This document shows, piece by piece, positions 1-9,880 of a stretch of DNA of 57,373 nt. Source of the stretch: Nemertoderma westbladi. Lineage: Eukaryota; Animalia; Xenacoelomorpha. The number at the start of each line of letters is the position of its first letter. Within the stretch, counting starts at the first letter, position 1. The position numbers were made by a program, and so were the translations under genes. Location: positions 1 through 57,373 of the forward strand of contig JAUCBJ010000895.1 in assembly GCA_032718475.1 (NCBI GenBank), read 5' to 3'. The notes beneath the pieces were generated by a model. The model had not been told where the DNA came from. It ran no database searches and saw only the letters and a program-made list of their open reading frames with translations.

Positions 1-1
1 A

Positions 2-3000
2 GAACGCGAACTTCAACTCCAACGCGAACGCGAAGAACGCGAACTCCAACTCCAACGCGAACGCGAAGAACGCGAACTTCAACTTCAACGCGAACGCGAA
101 CGGGAAGCTAAGGAATGCGAGCAAAGAAGACGCGAACTCCAACTCGAACGCGAGCGCAAGGAGCGCGAACTTGAGCGCGAGAGGGAGCGACGGGCGTTGT
201 ATGAAGAGAAGGCGCGTGTGGAAGAAGAGGGCGCAGCGAGACGAGCGAGGGAAGAAGAAGAACGTAAACTGGCGCAGTTGGAAAGTGCGAGATTAAGTTT
301 AGAGAGTGAAGAACGGACTAGGAAGGCGAACGAAATCGCCGAGAAGGGGATGCGAATGATCGAAGAATGTGGGGCGAGTGTAGGGACAGAGTTGCGAGAA
401 CTGTTCGCACTGCAGAAGGCCGAACAGGAAGCGAGAACTCCGACCATACGCGAGTCGACGACGACCAGAATTCCTATACCCGGTCCAGCTATTACGAGTA
501 CACGGATCGCTAAACCGTTCTCTACATATCGCACGCCGGTTGGTATTGGTGCTTCACCCATCGCTCAGGATCCACGTCATCGGAACACCGCACCACTATA
601 CACCGAACGCGAGAACGAAGAGTTTAGAGAAACTCCGACGGGACGAGTACTTGGCGAACCGAACCCGCGGGTTTGGAATACGCGGACGGAGCGCCGACCC
701 AGTTCGACGGAGAACTTCCGGGTTAAACCGGAAGAGGGATCATATGAGAGACAGCGGATTACTCAGATAGAGCCGACTATACAACAGAACCCTAGCCAGG
801 AATTTATTACGAGGGATGAGTTAAGTGCTAGTTTAGCGCAAGCTATATCGCCGCACATCCAACCTATAACGGACATGCTTAGCAACCTACGGTTAAAGGA
901 AGCAGCCCAGGTAAGAAGTAATTCTAATCCTAGCAGGCCTGAGTTAGATAAAGTCCAGCCTAGTCAACGAGTACGCATATCGGAGGAGACTATACCACAT
1001 AGACCTCAGGTAAGGACGCCTGTCCCGAATATCCATAATCCCAATTTCGAAAATTCGGCCGAGAAATTTATTCAGGAGGCTTGGGTCAGGGCCTCGGCGC
1101 GCAAACCATCGCGAGCGCTAAGGACTGACACCGAGTCAAGCGATGAAGAGGAAGACATGAGACGTCAGAAGTCCCGAAACTATAAGGAAAGAAGGACCGA
1201 CGCGGAGCAGGTAAGTTGGAACCACCGGGAAAGGACCAGACTTAACAACCCTGCGGAACTAAACCATTTGTTAACCCGGAACGACGCAACCCTTAGGGAC
1301 ATAGGTAAGTTTGCTGCTAGGCAAGGACTGCCGACGCAACAACCCCAGAAGTTTATGGGCAACCATAAACATTGGAGGACCTTCAAAACCTATGTCGACG
1401 AGCAGCTAACCAACAGCACCTTTACTCCCAACGAGAAGTTCAACTATTTGCTTCAGATGGTCCATCGAGAACCTAGAGCCATTGCTGACAACTTCGTCGG
1501 CAATGAGAGAGCATTCGAGTTAGCGATGAAGACGCTTAGTGACATCTACGGGAATAAAACCAAGATGGCGCAGTCGATAGTAGAAGACTTGGGTAAGGGC
1601 GGAAGGATTACAACTCCGTTAGAGCTGTTGAACTTAGCGAACGCTATTTCGAACGCATTGGACATCCTGAGGACGGTGAATCTACCTCATCATGGTGATC
1701 ACGCCGAAGTTTTGAAAAGCGTAATAAGACGTCTAAACATGCGTTACAGACAGAAATGGCGCAAATTAGAGAATAAGTTGGAGTGTCAAGGTAAGGTGTT
1801 GACACTTCAGCATATTCATGACATGATAGCCACAGACGCAGTAGCAGAGATGAAATCAAATTTCTCCGAGGAGAATATGAGAGAGTCTAAACCTGTTACC
1901 GGTAAGTCTATGGTAAGTTTTGACGATGACAGGACCACTGTGACATTTAACTCAGTAGACAGATATAATTCGAGTACCCCAGCCTTTAGATCAGACTCGC
2001 GAGTATGGTCAGGTGAGCGGTTAGATAGACCTAGGTTAAAGCAACAGGAGTTGCCGGATGTATTTGTAGGTTGCCAATACTGTTTACTAAAGGAGGTAAG
2101 ATCTGACGACCATAAGTTAGATAGTTGCAGACGGTTCAAAGAATTAAATTCGGAACAGAGAAGAGTTCAAGTGCGGACGTTGGACACCTGTTGGGCATGT
2201 CTTGCGCCAGGCCATGTACGGCGGCAGTGCCCGAACAGCAAGGACGGATGCATGGAATGCGGCAGACTACATCACAAGTTGCTACATGCGGATTTCCATA
2301 CCCCAACGGACCGTTACTTACAGCGAAATCCTCACAGGAAGGGGAGCAAAGAACCCGTATCGATAAGGAGGAATACGTACACCGGCATTCAGGACGATGG
2401 TTATCAACCAGGTTCGTCGGACGAGGATGGCGAGTCGAGCGCGAGAGAAGTGACCTGCCAAGGTTTCACCGCGGATAGTTCATCGACCAGCGCGCGGACG
2501 TATTTATCATCGGCCACGTCGGAAATATTTAGCGTGATTCCGGTGAAACTCACTGGAGATAAGGGATCGAAACGAATATATGTGATGTTGGACACTGCGT
2601 CCACATTATCGTATATCGACGAGGAAGTGGCGAGAGCTGTTTCTAGCTTCCAGGACGCCGAGGAGATCCAAATAGAGTTGAAGTCTATGCACGGGGTAGG
2701 GGACCTCAAGGGACACAGAATTTCGGTAGAACTAGATTCCCTACTTCCGAGAGACCAACACACTCGACAAGAACGGAAAGCTTTGCCATTGGACGGATTT
2801 AAGTGTCTAGCTATGAAGGGATTCGGCAGGCAGTTAGGTAAGGTGCCACCGATGAGTCCCATAGCACAGGAGTATTTTGACAAGCTCAGGATACCCAGAC
2901 ACCAGGTAGGTTATAGGAATGTTTCTATGTTGATTGGTGCAGAACAGCTGATCGCACACCAGATATGGGAAACGAGACCAGCTGAGCCGCATGTCAATGG

Positions 3001-3694
3001 ACCACATGCCCATAGGACCATACTAGGTTGGTATACAAGAGTACCCATGTCTTATGAGTTTACAGGTGGCGACAAGCCAATAAACAGATACGACGAATTA
3101 CAGCCTATAACTCAACCACCGTTAGTAGAACTACCAGACATAGACGAGTTTAGGAGAACCTGTATTGACCACTATAGTGACTTTAGCGAGTCGGACGAGG
3201 AGTTGATTCCCGATAATGTTAGGTTGTCGGAACCACTTCATAACGACCGGACAGATAGTGAACCCGAGGACTACTGTTATCAGACCCGTGGGTCTGGTTC
3301 AGCGGCCCACGCTACTTATCTGACTAACGTTTTGACTTATACAGACATAGTGGAGGGTCAAGTGGCTAAATATCGAGACCTAGACATTTTCCAGTACAGT
3401 GAGGAGGAATTACAGAAGGAATTGATACGCCAGGACCTCGAGACAGGAGCCAGAACCGTCGAATGGCTGGATAGGGACGCAATGGAACCCGGTGGATATG
3501 ATCTAGCCATGTCTACTGATGAGAAACGGTCACTGGAGATGATGGAAGATACCATACGTCTGCTACCGACTGGACATTTTGAAGTTGGAATGTTGTGGCG
3601 TCGACAACCACCTAAGTTGGAGAACAACAAACAACTTAGCCTTGAAAAGATTAAACGGAGTAAGGGCTCGGTTGTTAAAGAATCCAGACATTAG
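2..3694 (+). CDS. BEL/Pao Gag plus aspartic protease (5'-partial; frame open from position 2)
   Basis: Glu/Arg-rich coiled-coil N-terminus; BEL gag core (KFMGNHKHWRTF...EKFNYL); three Cys/His knuckles (CQYC...H...C, CWACLAPGHVRRQC, CMECGRLHHKLLH); protease motif VMLDTAS; ends with TILGW and GHFEVGMLW. Confidence 0.9.
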   Translation, partial: ERELQLQREREERELQLQREREERELQLQREREREAKECEQRRRELQLERERKERELERERERRALYEEKARVEEEGAARRAREEEERKLAQLESARLSLESEERTRKANEIAEKGMRMIEECGASVGTELRELFALQKAEQEARTPTIRESTTTRIPIPGPAITSTRIAKPFSTYRTPVGIGASPIAQDPRHRNTAPLYTERENEEFRETPTGRVLGEPNPRVWNTRTERRPSSTENFRVKPEEGSYERQRITQIEPTIQQNPSQEFITRDELSASLAQAISPHIQPITDMLSNLRLKEAAQVRSNSNPSRPELDKVQPSQRVRISEETIPHRPQVRTPVPNIHNPNFENSAEKFIQEAWVRASARKPSRALRTDTESSDEEEDMRRQKSRNYKERRTDAEQVSWNHRERTRLNNPAELNHLLTRNDATLRDIGKFAARQGLPTQQPQKFMGNHKHWRTFKTYVDEQLTNSTFTPNEKFNYLLQMVHREPRAIADNFVGNERAFELAMKTLSDIYGNKTKMAQSIVEDLGKGGRITTPLELLNLANAISNALDILRTVNLPHHGDHAEVLKSVIRRLNMRYRQKWRKLENKLECQGKVLTLQHIHDMIATDAVAEMKSNFSEENMRESKPVTGKSMVSFDDDRTTVTFNSVDRYNSSTPAFRSDSRVWSGERLDRPRLKQQELPDVFVGCQYCLLKEVRSDDHKLDSCRRFKELNSEQRRVQVRTLDTCWACLAPGHVRRQCPNSKDGCMECGRLHHKLLHADFHTPTDRYLQRNPHRKGSKEPVSIRRNTYTGIQDDGYQPGSSDEDGESSAREVTCQGFTADSSSTSARTYLSSATSEIFSVIPVKLTGDKGSKRIYVMLDTASTLSYIDEEVARAVSSFQDAEEIQIELKSMHGVGDLKGHRISVELDSLLPRDQHTRQERKALPLDGFKCLAMKGFGRQLGKVPPMSPIAQEYFDKLRIPRHQVGYRNVSMLIGAEQLIAHQIWETRPAEPHVNGPHAHRTILGWYTRVPMSYEFTGGDKPINRYDELQPITQPPLVELPDIDEFRRTCIDHYSDFSESDEELIPDNVRLSEPLHNDRTDSEPEDYCYQTRGSGSAAHATYLTNVLTYTDIVEGQVAKYRDLDIFQYSEEELQKELIRQDLETGARTVEWLDRDAMEPGGYDLAMSTDEKRSLEMMEDTIRLLPTGHFEVGMLWRRQPPKLENNKQLSLEKIKRSKGSVVKESRH

Positions 3695-6600
3695 GGAGAA
3701 GTATTGCGCCCAGATCAACAACTATTTTGCCAAGGGATTTGCTGGGAAGGTAGAGGACCCTGACTTACTGACAGACCAGACTTATTACCTTCCACACCAC
3801 TATGTGACTCACCCTGACAAGCCAGACAAAGTCCGATTAGTCTACGACTGCGCAGCAGTCTATAGAGGTATGTCCCTGAATTCAGAGTTGATGGACGGAC
3901 CCAACCTGAATAACTATTTGATTGGAATACTGTTACGTTTTAGACAGCGGCGATTCGCATTTACTTGTGACATCGAGGCGATGTTCCACCAGGTAAGAGC
4001 CTGTAAGGCAGACCAGGATAGCCTTCGATTTCTCTGGTTTGAGAATGAAGACTTATCCGGCCCAGTGGTTACATACCAAATGTACGTTAGGATATTTGGC
4101 GCCCGCGATAGTCCGAATGGCACGCTGTTCGTTTTAAAGAAAACGGCAACAGCCCAGATTGGTAAGTACCCAGTAGAGGTTATCGAGTCCATCTTGAGAA
4201 ACTTCTATATGGACGACGGATTGGTGTCCAAGGACACGGCGGAACAAGCCATAGAAGTGGCTCACGGCCTGCAAGAGTGCTTGGCTACAGGGGGTTTCCC
4301 TCTAACCAAGTTCACTACGAACTCGGAGGCCCTATTAGAGTCGTTCCCGGTGAAAGATCGCGGGAGCGGAGACATAGAATTGGGGGTAGAACCAATCCCC
4401 ATGGCGCGAGTACTGGGACTCGCTTGGAACCCGAACTCAGATAAGTTCCAGGTAAGAGTTAGATTTGAGCCCAGTAGCCCAGACAAAGTTTTGACAAAGA
4501 GGATTTGCTTATCGACATTAAGTAGACTATTTGACCCGATGAACTTTATCAGTCCGGTAATATTACAGGCACGAGCGTGCATGAGGAAAATTTGGTTGTC
4601 CGACGTAGAGTGGGACGAACCAATATCTCCTATACATGCAAAGCAGTGGAGAGAGTGGGAAGCCGAGTTACATCTATTGAAAAACATAGATGTACCCCGC
4701 TCCTACTTCCCGAATCAGCTGGTATTCCCAGCTGATTTAGAGCTCCACCTATTTAGTGACGCAAGTGACACCGGCTTTGGTATGGTAGCCTACCTTCGCC
4801 GAGAGGTAAGTCAGGACAAGTTTGAGACGGCCTTTGTGACTTCTAGATCAAAGACAATGCCGGTCAAATATATGACTGTCCCTCGTGCAGAGTTACAGGC
4901 GGCAGTAGTTTCAGTTGAGGTAAGTAAGCAGATAACAGAGGAGTTAGATACGACATTGACCTTATTCTATTGGACGGACGCATCCTTGGTGTTAGTATAC
5001 ATTGCGGCCGACAATATTGCACTAAAGACATTTGTTGCCAATAGACGCGCTCAGATCGTTGACCTTTCGACGAAGGAACAATGGAGACATTGTCCGGGAG
5101 TGTTAAACCCGGCCGACATAACTTCGAGAGGTGCAATGCCGGCGGAATTTTGTCGGGAAGAGTCGCAGGAGTTTTGGTTGCATGGACCTGATTTTCTAAC
5201 GAGGACACAGGAACATTGGCCAGAGCGACTAAAGATAGTGACCAATCCGATGCCTGAAGATGCAGAAGTCAAGGTGGAGAAAGTCTCTAAGTCGAAGTCT
5301 AAAGCCAAACTTAAGTCATTGGAGCGGCCTGAAGAGTCATTGGAGCGGCCTGAAGAGTCATTGGAGCGGCCTGGAGACCTGTCAGACCAACAGACTTACG
5401 TGACTACTAGGTCAGGAAGGGTAAGTTATGACGTAAAACCACCCTTACAGACTAAACCGCAGTCACAGTTGGTAAGTGACGGACAGAAAATGACCGACAA
5501 AATGGAGCCTTTGGTTTCCAAACCTGCGGGTTTGGATTCGAAACTTCCATTAGTTAGCGGACAACCGTCGCTGGCATTAGAGTCATGCAGTGTTTATGAC
5601 AAATTACTAAATTCGTCTGCCTCTTGGCTGACAATTTGTAAAAGAACTGCGTGGTTAAGCCGATACATTTTGTACCTTTGTTTAAAACATTCGAAACATT
5701 TGAGAGAACCATTGAGCGCCAATAGTGAGCGAATTCGGAAATTGAAACAACCTCTGACAGAGGATGAGATTGATCAAGCGGAATTAAAGCATTTGAAACA
5801 TTATCAAATGTGTGCCTTCCCGAAAGAATTCCATCTATTATCGGCTCAACGACCAGTTCTCTATAAACCCCTTAGAAAATGGAGTCCATTAATCCATAAG
5901 GGTTTAATTTGTCATAGATCGAGAATCCAGACTGTCGACATAAACTCACAGTTTCGGTTCCCAGTGATAATCCCTAGTCACCCAATAGAATTGCAAAGAG
6001 CGATTCTATGGGATATACATAAGAGGTTACATCACGCGGGAAAGTTACACTGTTTGTCGGCAGCGAGACAGCGATTCATTCTATTGCAGCCAAGCAGGGC
6101 AGTCGGCACTATGTATGACGCCTGTCTGGTTTGCAAGAGGGTGAACGCCAGAGTATTGGAACATGAGATGGCTGAACTCCCGGAAGCGAGAGTGCAGGCA
6201 TATGACCCACCCTTTACGAACACAGGGGTGGACTGTTTTGGTCCGATTGAAGCAAAGAGTGGACGGCTGACCCACAAGCGATGGGGTCTGCTACTGACAT
6301 GCATGGCTAGTAGAGCCATACATATCGAGCGTGTGGCAGACATGTCGACCAAATCTCTGCTCCTGGCCTTGAAGAGATTTATGGCCAGGAGAGGACTAGT
6401 AAAGGCGTTCTACTCCGATAAGGGTACAAACTTTGTCGGAGGGAATAGCGAGTTGAACGCGGCGCATAAAGCAGCACAGAATAAGGAAATTTCTGCAGCA
6501 CTTTTGCCGCAAAGAGTAGAGTGGAGATTCAATACTCCAGAAAGTCCTTGGAGAGGAGGAAGTTGGGAGTGTTTAGTTCGCTCTGTAAAGCAGGCCATTG

Positions 6601-7181
6601 CTAAGACGTTGCCTGTAAATAAACAACTTACCGACGACGAACTGGTCACAGCTTTCATTGAAATCGAGCATACCCTAAACTCGAGGCCGATAGCTATGTT
6701 GCCAGGCGGTGTTGCATTAACGCCGAATCATTTGCTAATGCAGAGTCCAGCATTTCTTGTGCCGGCATCAGAACCCGTTAGTGCCGACCTATATAGTCTT
6801 AAAAGCTGGAAAATGACTCAATTTGTCGCGTACACATTCTGGGAATATTGGCGGGAATACTATCTTCCCACCATATCCACCAGAACAAAGTGGTACAAAA
6901 CGGTTCGGAGTCTCCAAAGGGGAGATTACGTATTGATAACCGAGCCGATTGTCAAGAGAAAGTATTGGGAGACGGGAGTCATCTTGCACACACACCCAGA
7001 CGTGCAAAACATAGTGCGCACAGTCACTGTGAAAATTAGGTGCAAGTGTCCGCACCCAAAAAAGTGTAAAACTAATGGTTTGCACACCTTGGACCGACCG
7101 GTCCAAGATATCGTGTTATTAGAGGAGACACGTATCGAGACGGGAGATTATAATTTGTCTCCTGCCTCAAAACAGAATTAG
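3579..7181 (+). CDS. BEL/Pao Pol (RT, RNase H, DDE integrase), joined to gag-protease by a +1 shift near 3635
   Basis: RT (CDIEAMFHQV, IFGARDSP, FYMDD); RNase H (SDAS, RAELQAA, WTDA, NPAD); integrase HHCC (H-KRLH-H...CLVC) and catalytic D (GVDC), D (SDKG), E (SWE); no internal stops. Confidence 0.93.
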   Translation: MKLECCGVDNHLSWRTTNNLALKRLNGVRARLLKNPDIREKYCAQINNYFAKGFAGKVEDPDLLTDQTYYLPHHYVTHPDKPDKVRLVYDCAAVYRGMSLNSELMDGPNLNNYLIGILLRFRQRRFAFTCDIEAMFHQVRACKADQDSLRFLWFENEDLSGPVVTYQMYVRIFGARDSPNGTLFVLKKTATAQIGKYPVEVIESILRNFYMDDGLVSKDTAEQAIEVAHGLQECLATGGFPLTKFTTNSEALLESFPVKDRGSGDIELGVEPIPMARVLGLAWNPNSDKFQVRVRFEPSSPDKVLTKRICLSTLSRLFDPMNFISPVILQARACMRKIWLSDVEWDEPISPIHAKQWREWEAELHLLKNIDVPRSYFPNQLVFPADLELHLFSDASDTGFGMVAYLRREVSQDKFETAFVTSRSKTMPVKYMTVPRAELQAAVVSVEVSKQITEELDTTLTLFYWTDASLVLVYIAADNIALKTFVANRRAQIVDLSTKEQWRHCPGVLNPADITSRGAMPAEFCREESQEFWLHGPDFLTRTQEHWPERLKIVTNPMPEDAEVKVEKVSKSKSKAKLKSLERPEESLERPEESLERPGDLSDQQTYVTTRSGRVSYDVKPPLQTKPQSQLVSDGQKMTDKMEPLVSKPAGLDSKLPLVSGQPSLALESCSVYDKLLNSSASWLTICKRTAWLSRYILYLCLKHSKHLREPLSANSERIRKLKQPLTEDEIDQAELKHLKHYQMCAFPKEFHLLSAQRPVLYKPLRKWSPLIHKGLICHRSRIQTVDINSQFRFPVIIPSHPIELQRAILWDIHKRLHHAGKLHCLSAARQRFILLQPSRAVGTMYDACLVCKRVNARVLEHEMAELPEARVQAYDPPFTNTGVDCFGPIEAKSGRLTHKRWGLLLTCMASRAIHIERVADMSTKSLLLALKRFMARRGLVKAFYSDKGTNFVGGNSELNAAHKAAQNKEISAALLPQRVEWRFNTPESPWRGGSWECLVRSVKQAIAKTLPVNKQLTDDELVTAFIEIEHTLNSRPIAMLPGGVALTPNHLLMQSPAFLVPASEPVSADLYSLKSWKMTQFVAYTFWEYWREYYLPTISTRTKWYKTVRSLQRGDYVLITEPIVKRKYWETGVILHTHPDVQNIVRTVTVKIRCKCPHPKKCKTNGLHTLDRPVQDIVLLEETRIETGDYNLSPASKQN

Positions 7182-7950
7182 TGTTGGACGCAACTCACTT
7201 CGTATGCATTCCTCGTATGCAAATACAAGGAAATGCATAGGAGCGGGGTTGTGGTGATTTGCGTTGAGTTTTGTCTAGTGGGTATCAAAAACAAAATTTT
7301 TTTTTCAAAATTTTTGGAAAATTTAAAATTTTAAAAAATTAGAAGTGAACCCAAGACAATTCCAGACGCTGTGTATAGACGCGTTTTAGAATTCGTCTAT
7401 AGATATACAGTAATTTGAAAAGTCGTGAAGCCTGGAAAATAGCATTTAGAAACCATGGTGACGGCTATATTACGTAGGAGTGTAAATTGAGTTTAGCAAC
7501 TTCCACAGATTGGTGCCAACAGTGCAACTAAGGTGCTAAAGGTTAGTAGCACCAGAGGCGTACATGGACCCCACTCAGTAGTTTGCAGGATGTGTGATGT
7601 TCGATTATCAAACCTGTGGGTTTGGTATAGTCGAGTATTGTGGCTATAGTCCTTTCTAACTACTGTAGTTTAGTACGAGTAATGGGAGTAGTTTGGGCAT
7701 CAAAAAGTGAGTTGGTCACGGCCAGTTTATCTCCAAAGTTTTTGCGCTATGCATGGGAATAGGTTAGAGGATAGTTAGTTAGGAAGAGACGGGATCTAGA
7801 GAGTCGAACCTGAACTGCTGGAAGGCAGCGGGGGGGGGGGGGGGGTTCGGGAGGTCTGTCCTTCGGCGACATCTAACTGATTACCCACAGTGTAATTGGT
7901 TTGCGTAACGGAACACTTATTGGGTTATATATGTATATACGCGTAGCATA

Positions 7951-8925
7951 ATGGAGAGGGATATTAGAGCGCAACCGCGCAGAGGATTTACTGCCGGAGA
8001 GGAGGCGGAGTTACCATTCGCGCGACCGGGATGTAAAGATTCGAACGTTTACTACCATGGGCGGTCGGTGATGGAGCTAAATGGGAAATACAAACCCACG
8101 ATTCCCGACCGACTAGACGAGCAACATCCAGAACCGATATTAACGCGTTGTCAAGCTCACCAGTTCCTTAGATATAACGAGGGAGGTTACCCGATGAGCG
8201 ACCCGATGATCAGTATCGACTTTAGCGGAAGGCGACCTCCGAGACCCATTACGCCGACCGTTACGACATTAGATCCGTATACGGAGATTAAACCCTGTTC
8301 GACACCCAGTTTGATAGACACGGCAGCGGCCATTTCGCTATACCGAGCCTATAAAGACCTAGAGGCGCGGCGCGAAGCGGCACGGGACTCGAGTTCCTGG
8401 ACCACGTTCACTTCGCTTCACCAGGAGAGGAAACTCACGCCTGAGTATCCAGACGAGATTCGCGCCATCCATCCATCTACTAACCATACCCACGATCCGC
8501 GATTTATACGATATTTACTCCAAATTATTTCGGGAAGTTTCGACGAACGCATTATTAAGCCCGAATATGTCCAATCCTTTATATATCATCGTCGCTCTGA
8601 TATATACGTCTAGAATTATTACCCAGCGCACAATTGGCGGCCTAAGGAGACTCGTTTGGGGTCATTGACCTCTGAACGAGTGGAGGATCAGGACCGCCGC
8701 ACCCACAGCGACAACAGCCGGAGCTCACAGCTCGCGGCAAGTACCAGAAGGAGGAGTCATTGGCAAGCGTCAAGCCAAGGACGAACAGAACATTCTATAG
8801 TTGAAGAAAGAGGAGTTGGCGGAGGCGCCCACAGGGACACGGCAAATGGGACGAGGCCGAGGGAGGAGCACCAGTCGGGAGATAGTCGGTGCCCAGGGAA
8901 CGTCGTCGCCGGTTCCGGGAAGTGA
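7951..8925 (+). CDS. Extra ORF of unknown function between pol and the 3' LTR (220 aa; the same frame stays open past TAG 8611-8613 to 8925)
   Basis: ATG-initiated 220-codon ORF with higher GC than its flanks; ORF 8656..8925 is in the same frame with no other stop in between; no signal peptide or transmembrane segment visible. Confidence 0.5.
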
Positions 8926-9846
8926 CGCCTCAAGGACGCCGTCAACAGAGTCTACAGGGGGTAGACTGGTGTATCTGGAGAAGGGAGCGAGCCCGAGAGA
9001 CCCAGGAGCTAGCCGATGAGACTATAATATCACGGAGCGACAAACTCTAGACATATACATCATCGTCGCTCTGATGTATATCGTAGGTTTTGATCAATCA
9101 TTCGACTGGACTCATATACACTAGTCGTATCCATGTTTTAGAATTTTATTTTCGAAGGCCAAAAATATTGAAAGTAAATACTTTAACTTTGTAGTCCGAT
9201 TGGAAATAGTAAATACTTTAACTATATTTGATTTTGTGTATATGACTTTATTTGCTCTAAAGTTTATTGAAAGAGGCAAAGGAAGTGATTGGGGAGACGA
9301 ACCCGCGGATTTGGCTTACTCCTTTCACTTACCTGAGCAATCATCAAACTAAGATGATTTGCGTTTTTTTTTATAAGAAATTAAGTAAAGTCCGAAAATG
9401 AAAGAAATTATTACGTATTTTATATTTAGTTTGATTATCGGCCTTTAATGCAATTTAGTTAAAAATTTAGCCTCAAATACGTTTATATTTAGTTTATCTT
9501 GTTAATGTTGATCGTTAATTTGAGATGGGAAATGGGGGACATTGTCCTAGCCATGTTCCATTTCAATAAGTAAATTGTTAATTTGTAAATAAATCGATGG
9601 AAGTAATATTTTGTAAATTTAATTTTGTATGTAGTAATCATTATGTAGTACGAACGAGAAACAATATTTTGTAAATTTAATTTGTATGAGAGAGATAATA
9701 TTTGTAAATTTAATTTGTATGTAATTCATTATGCAATATCTATAGCAATATTTTGTAAATAGTAGGACTTATAGTATCAAGTATTTAGATTAGTTGGAAG
9801 AAATTTATTTTGTTTTGTATACATCACCTTATACTCTTCTACAGTT

Positions 9847-9880
9847 GGAGGGAAACATTGTATGATTTCCCTTGGAGCGG
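9847..9880 (+). promoter_or_regulatory. Hairpin plus polypurine tract directly upstream of the 3' LTR
   Basis: AGGGAAA...TTTCCCT stem, then GGAGCGG immediately followed by TGTTA. Confidence 0.65.

Noticed and set aside
85-7106. Short antisense and alternative-frame ORFs over BEL gag/pol
   Set aside because: They overlap well-supported retrotransposon ORFs and show no motifs.
7951-8613. env gene
   Set aside because: No signal peptide, transmembrane helix or Cys pattern of a fusion glycoprotein is visible.
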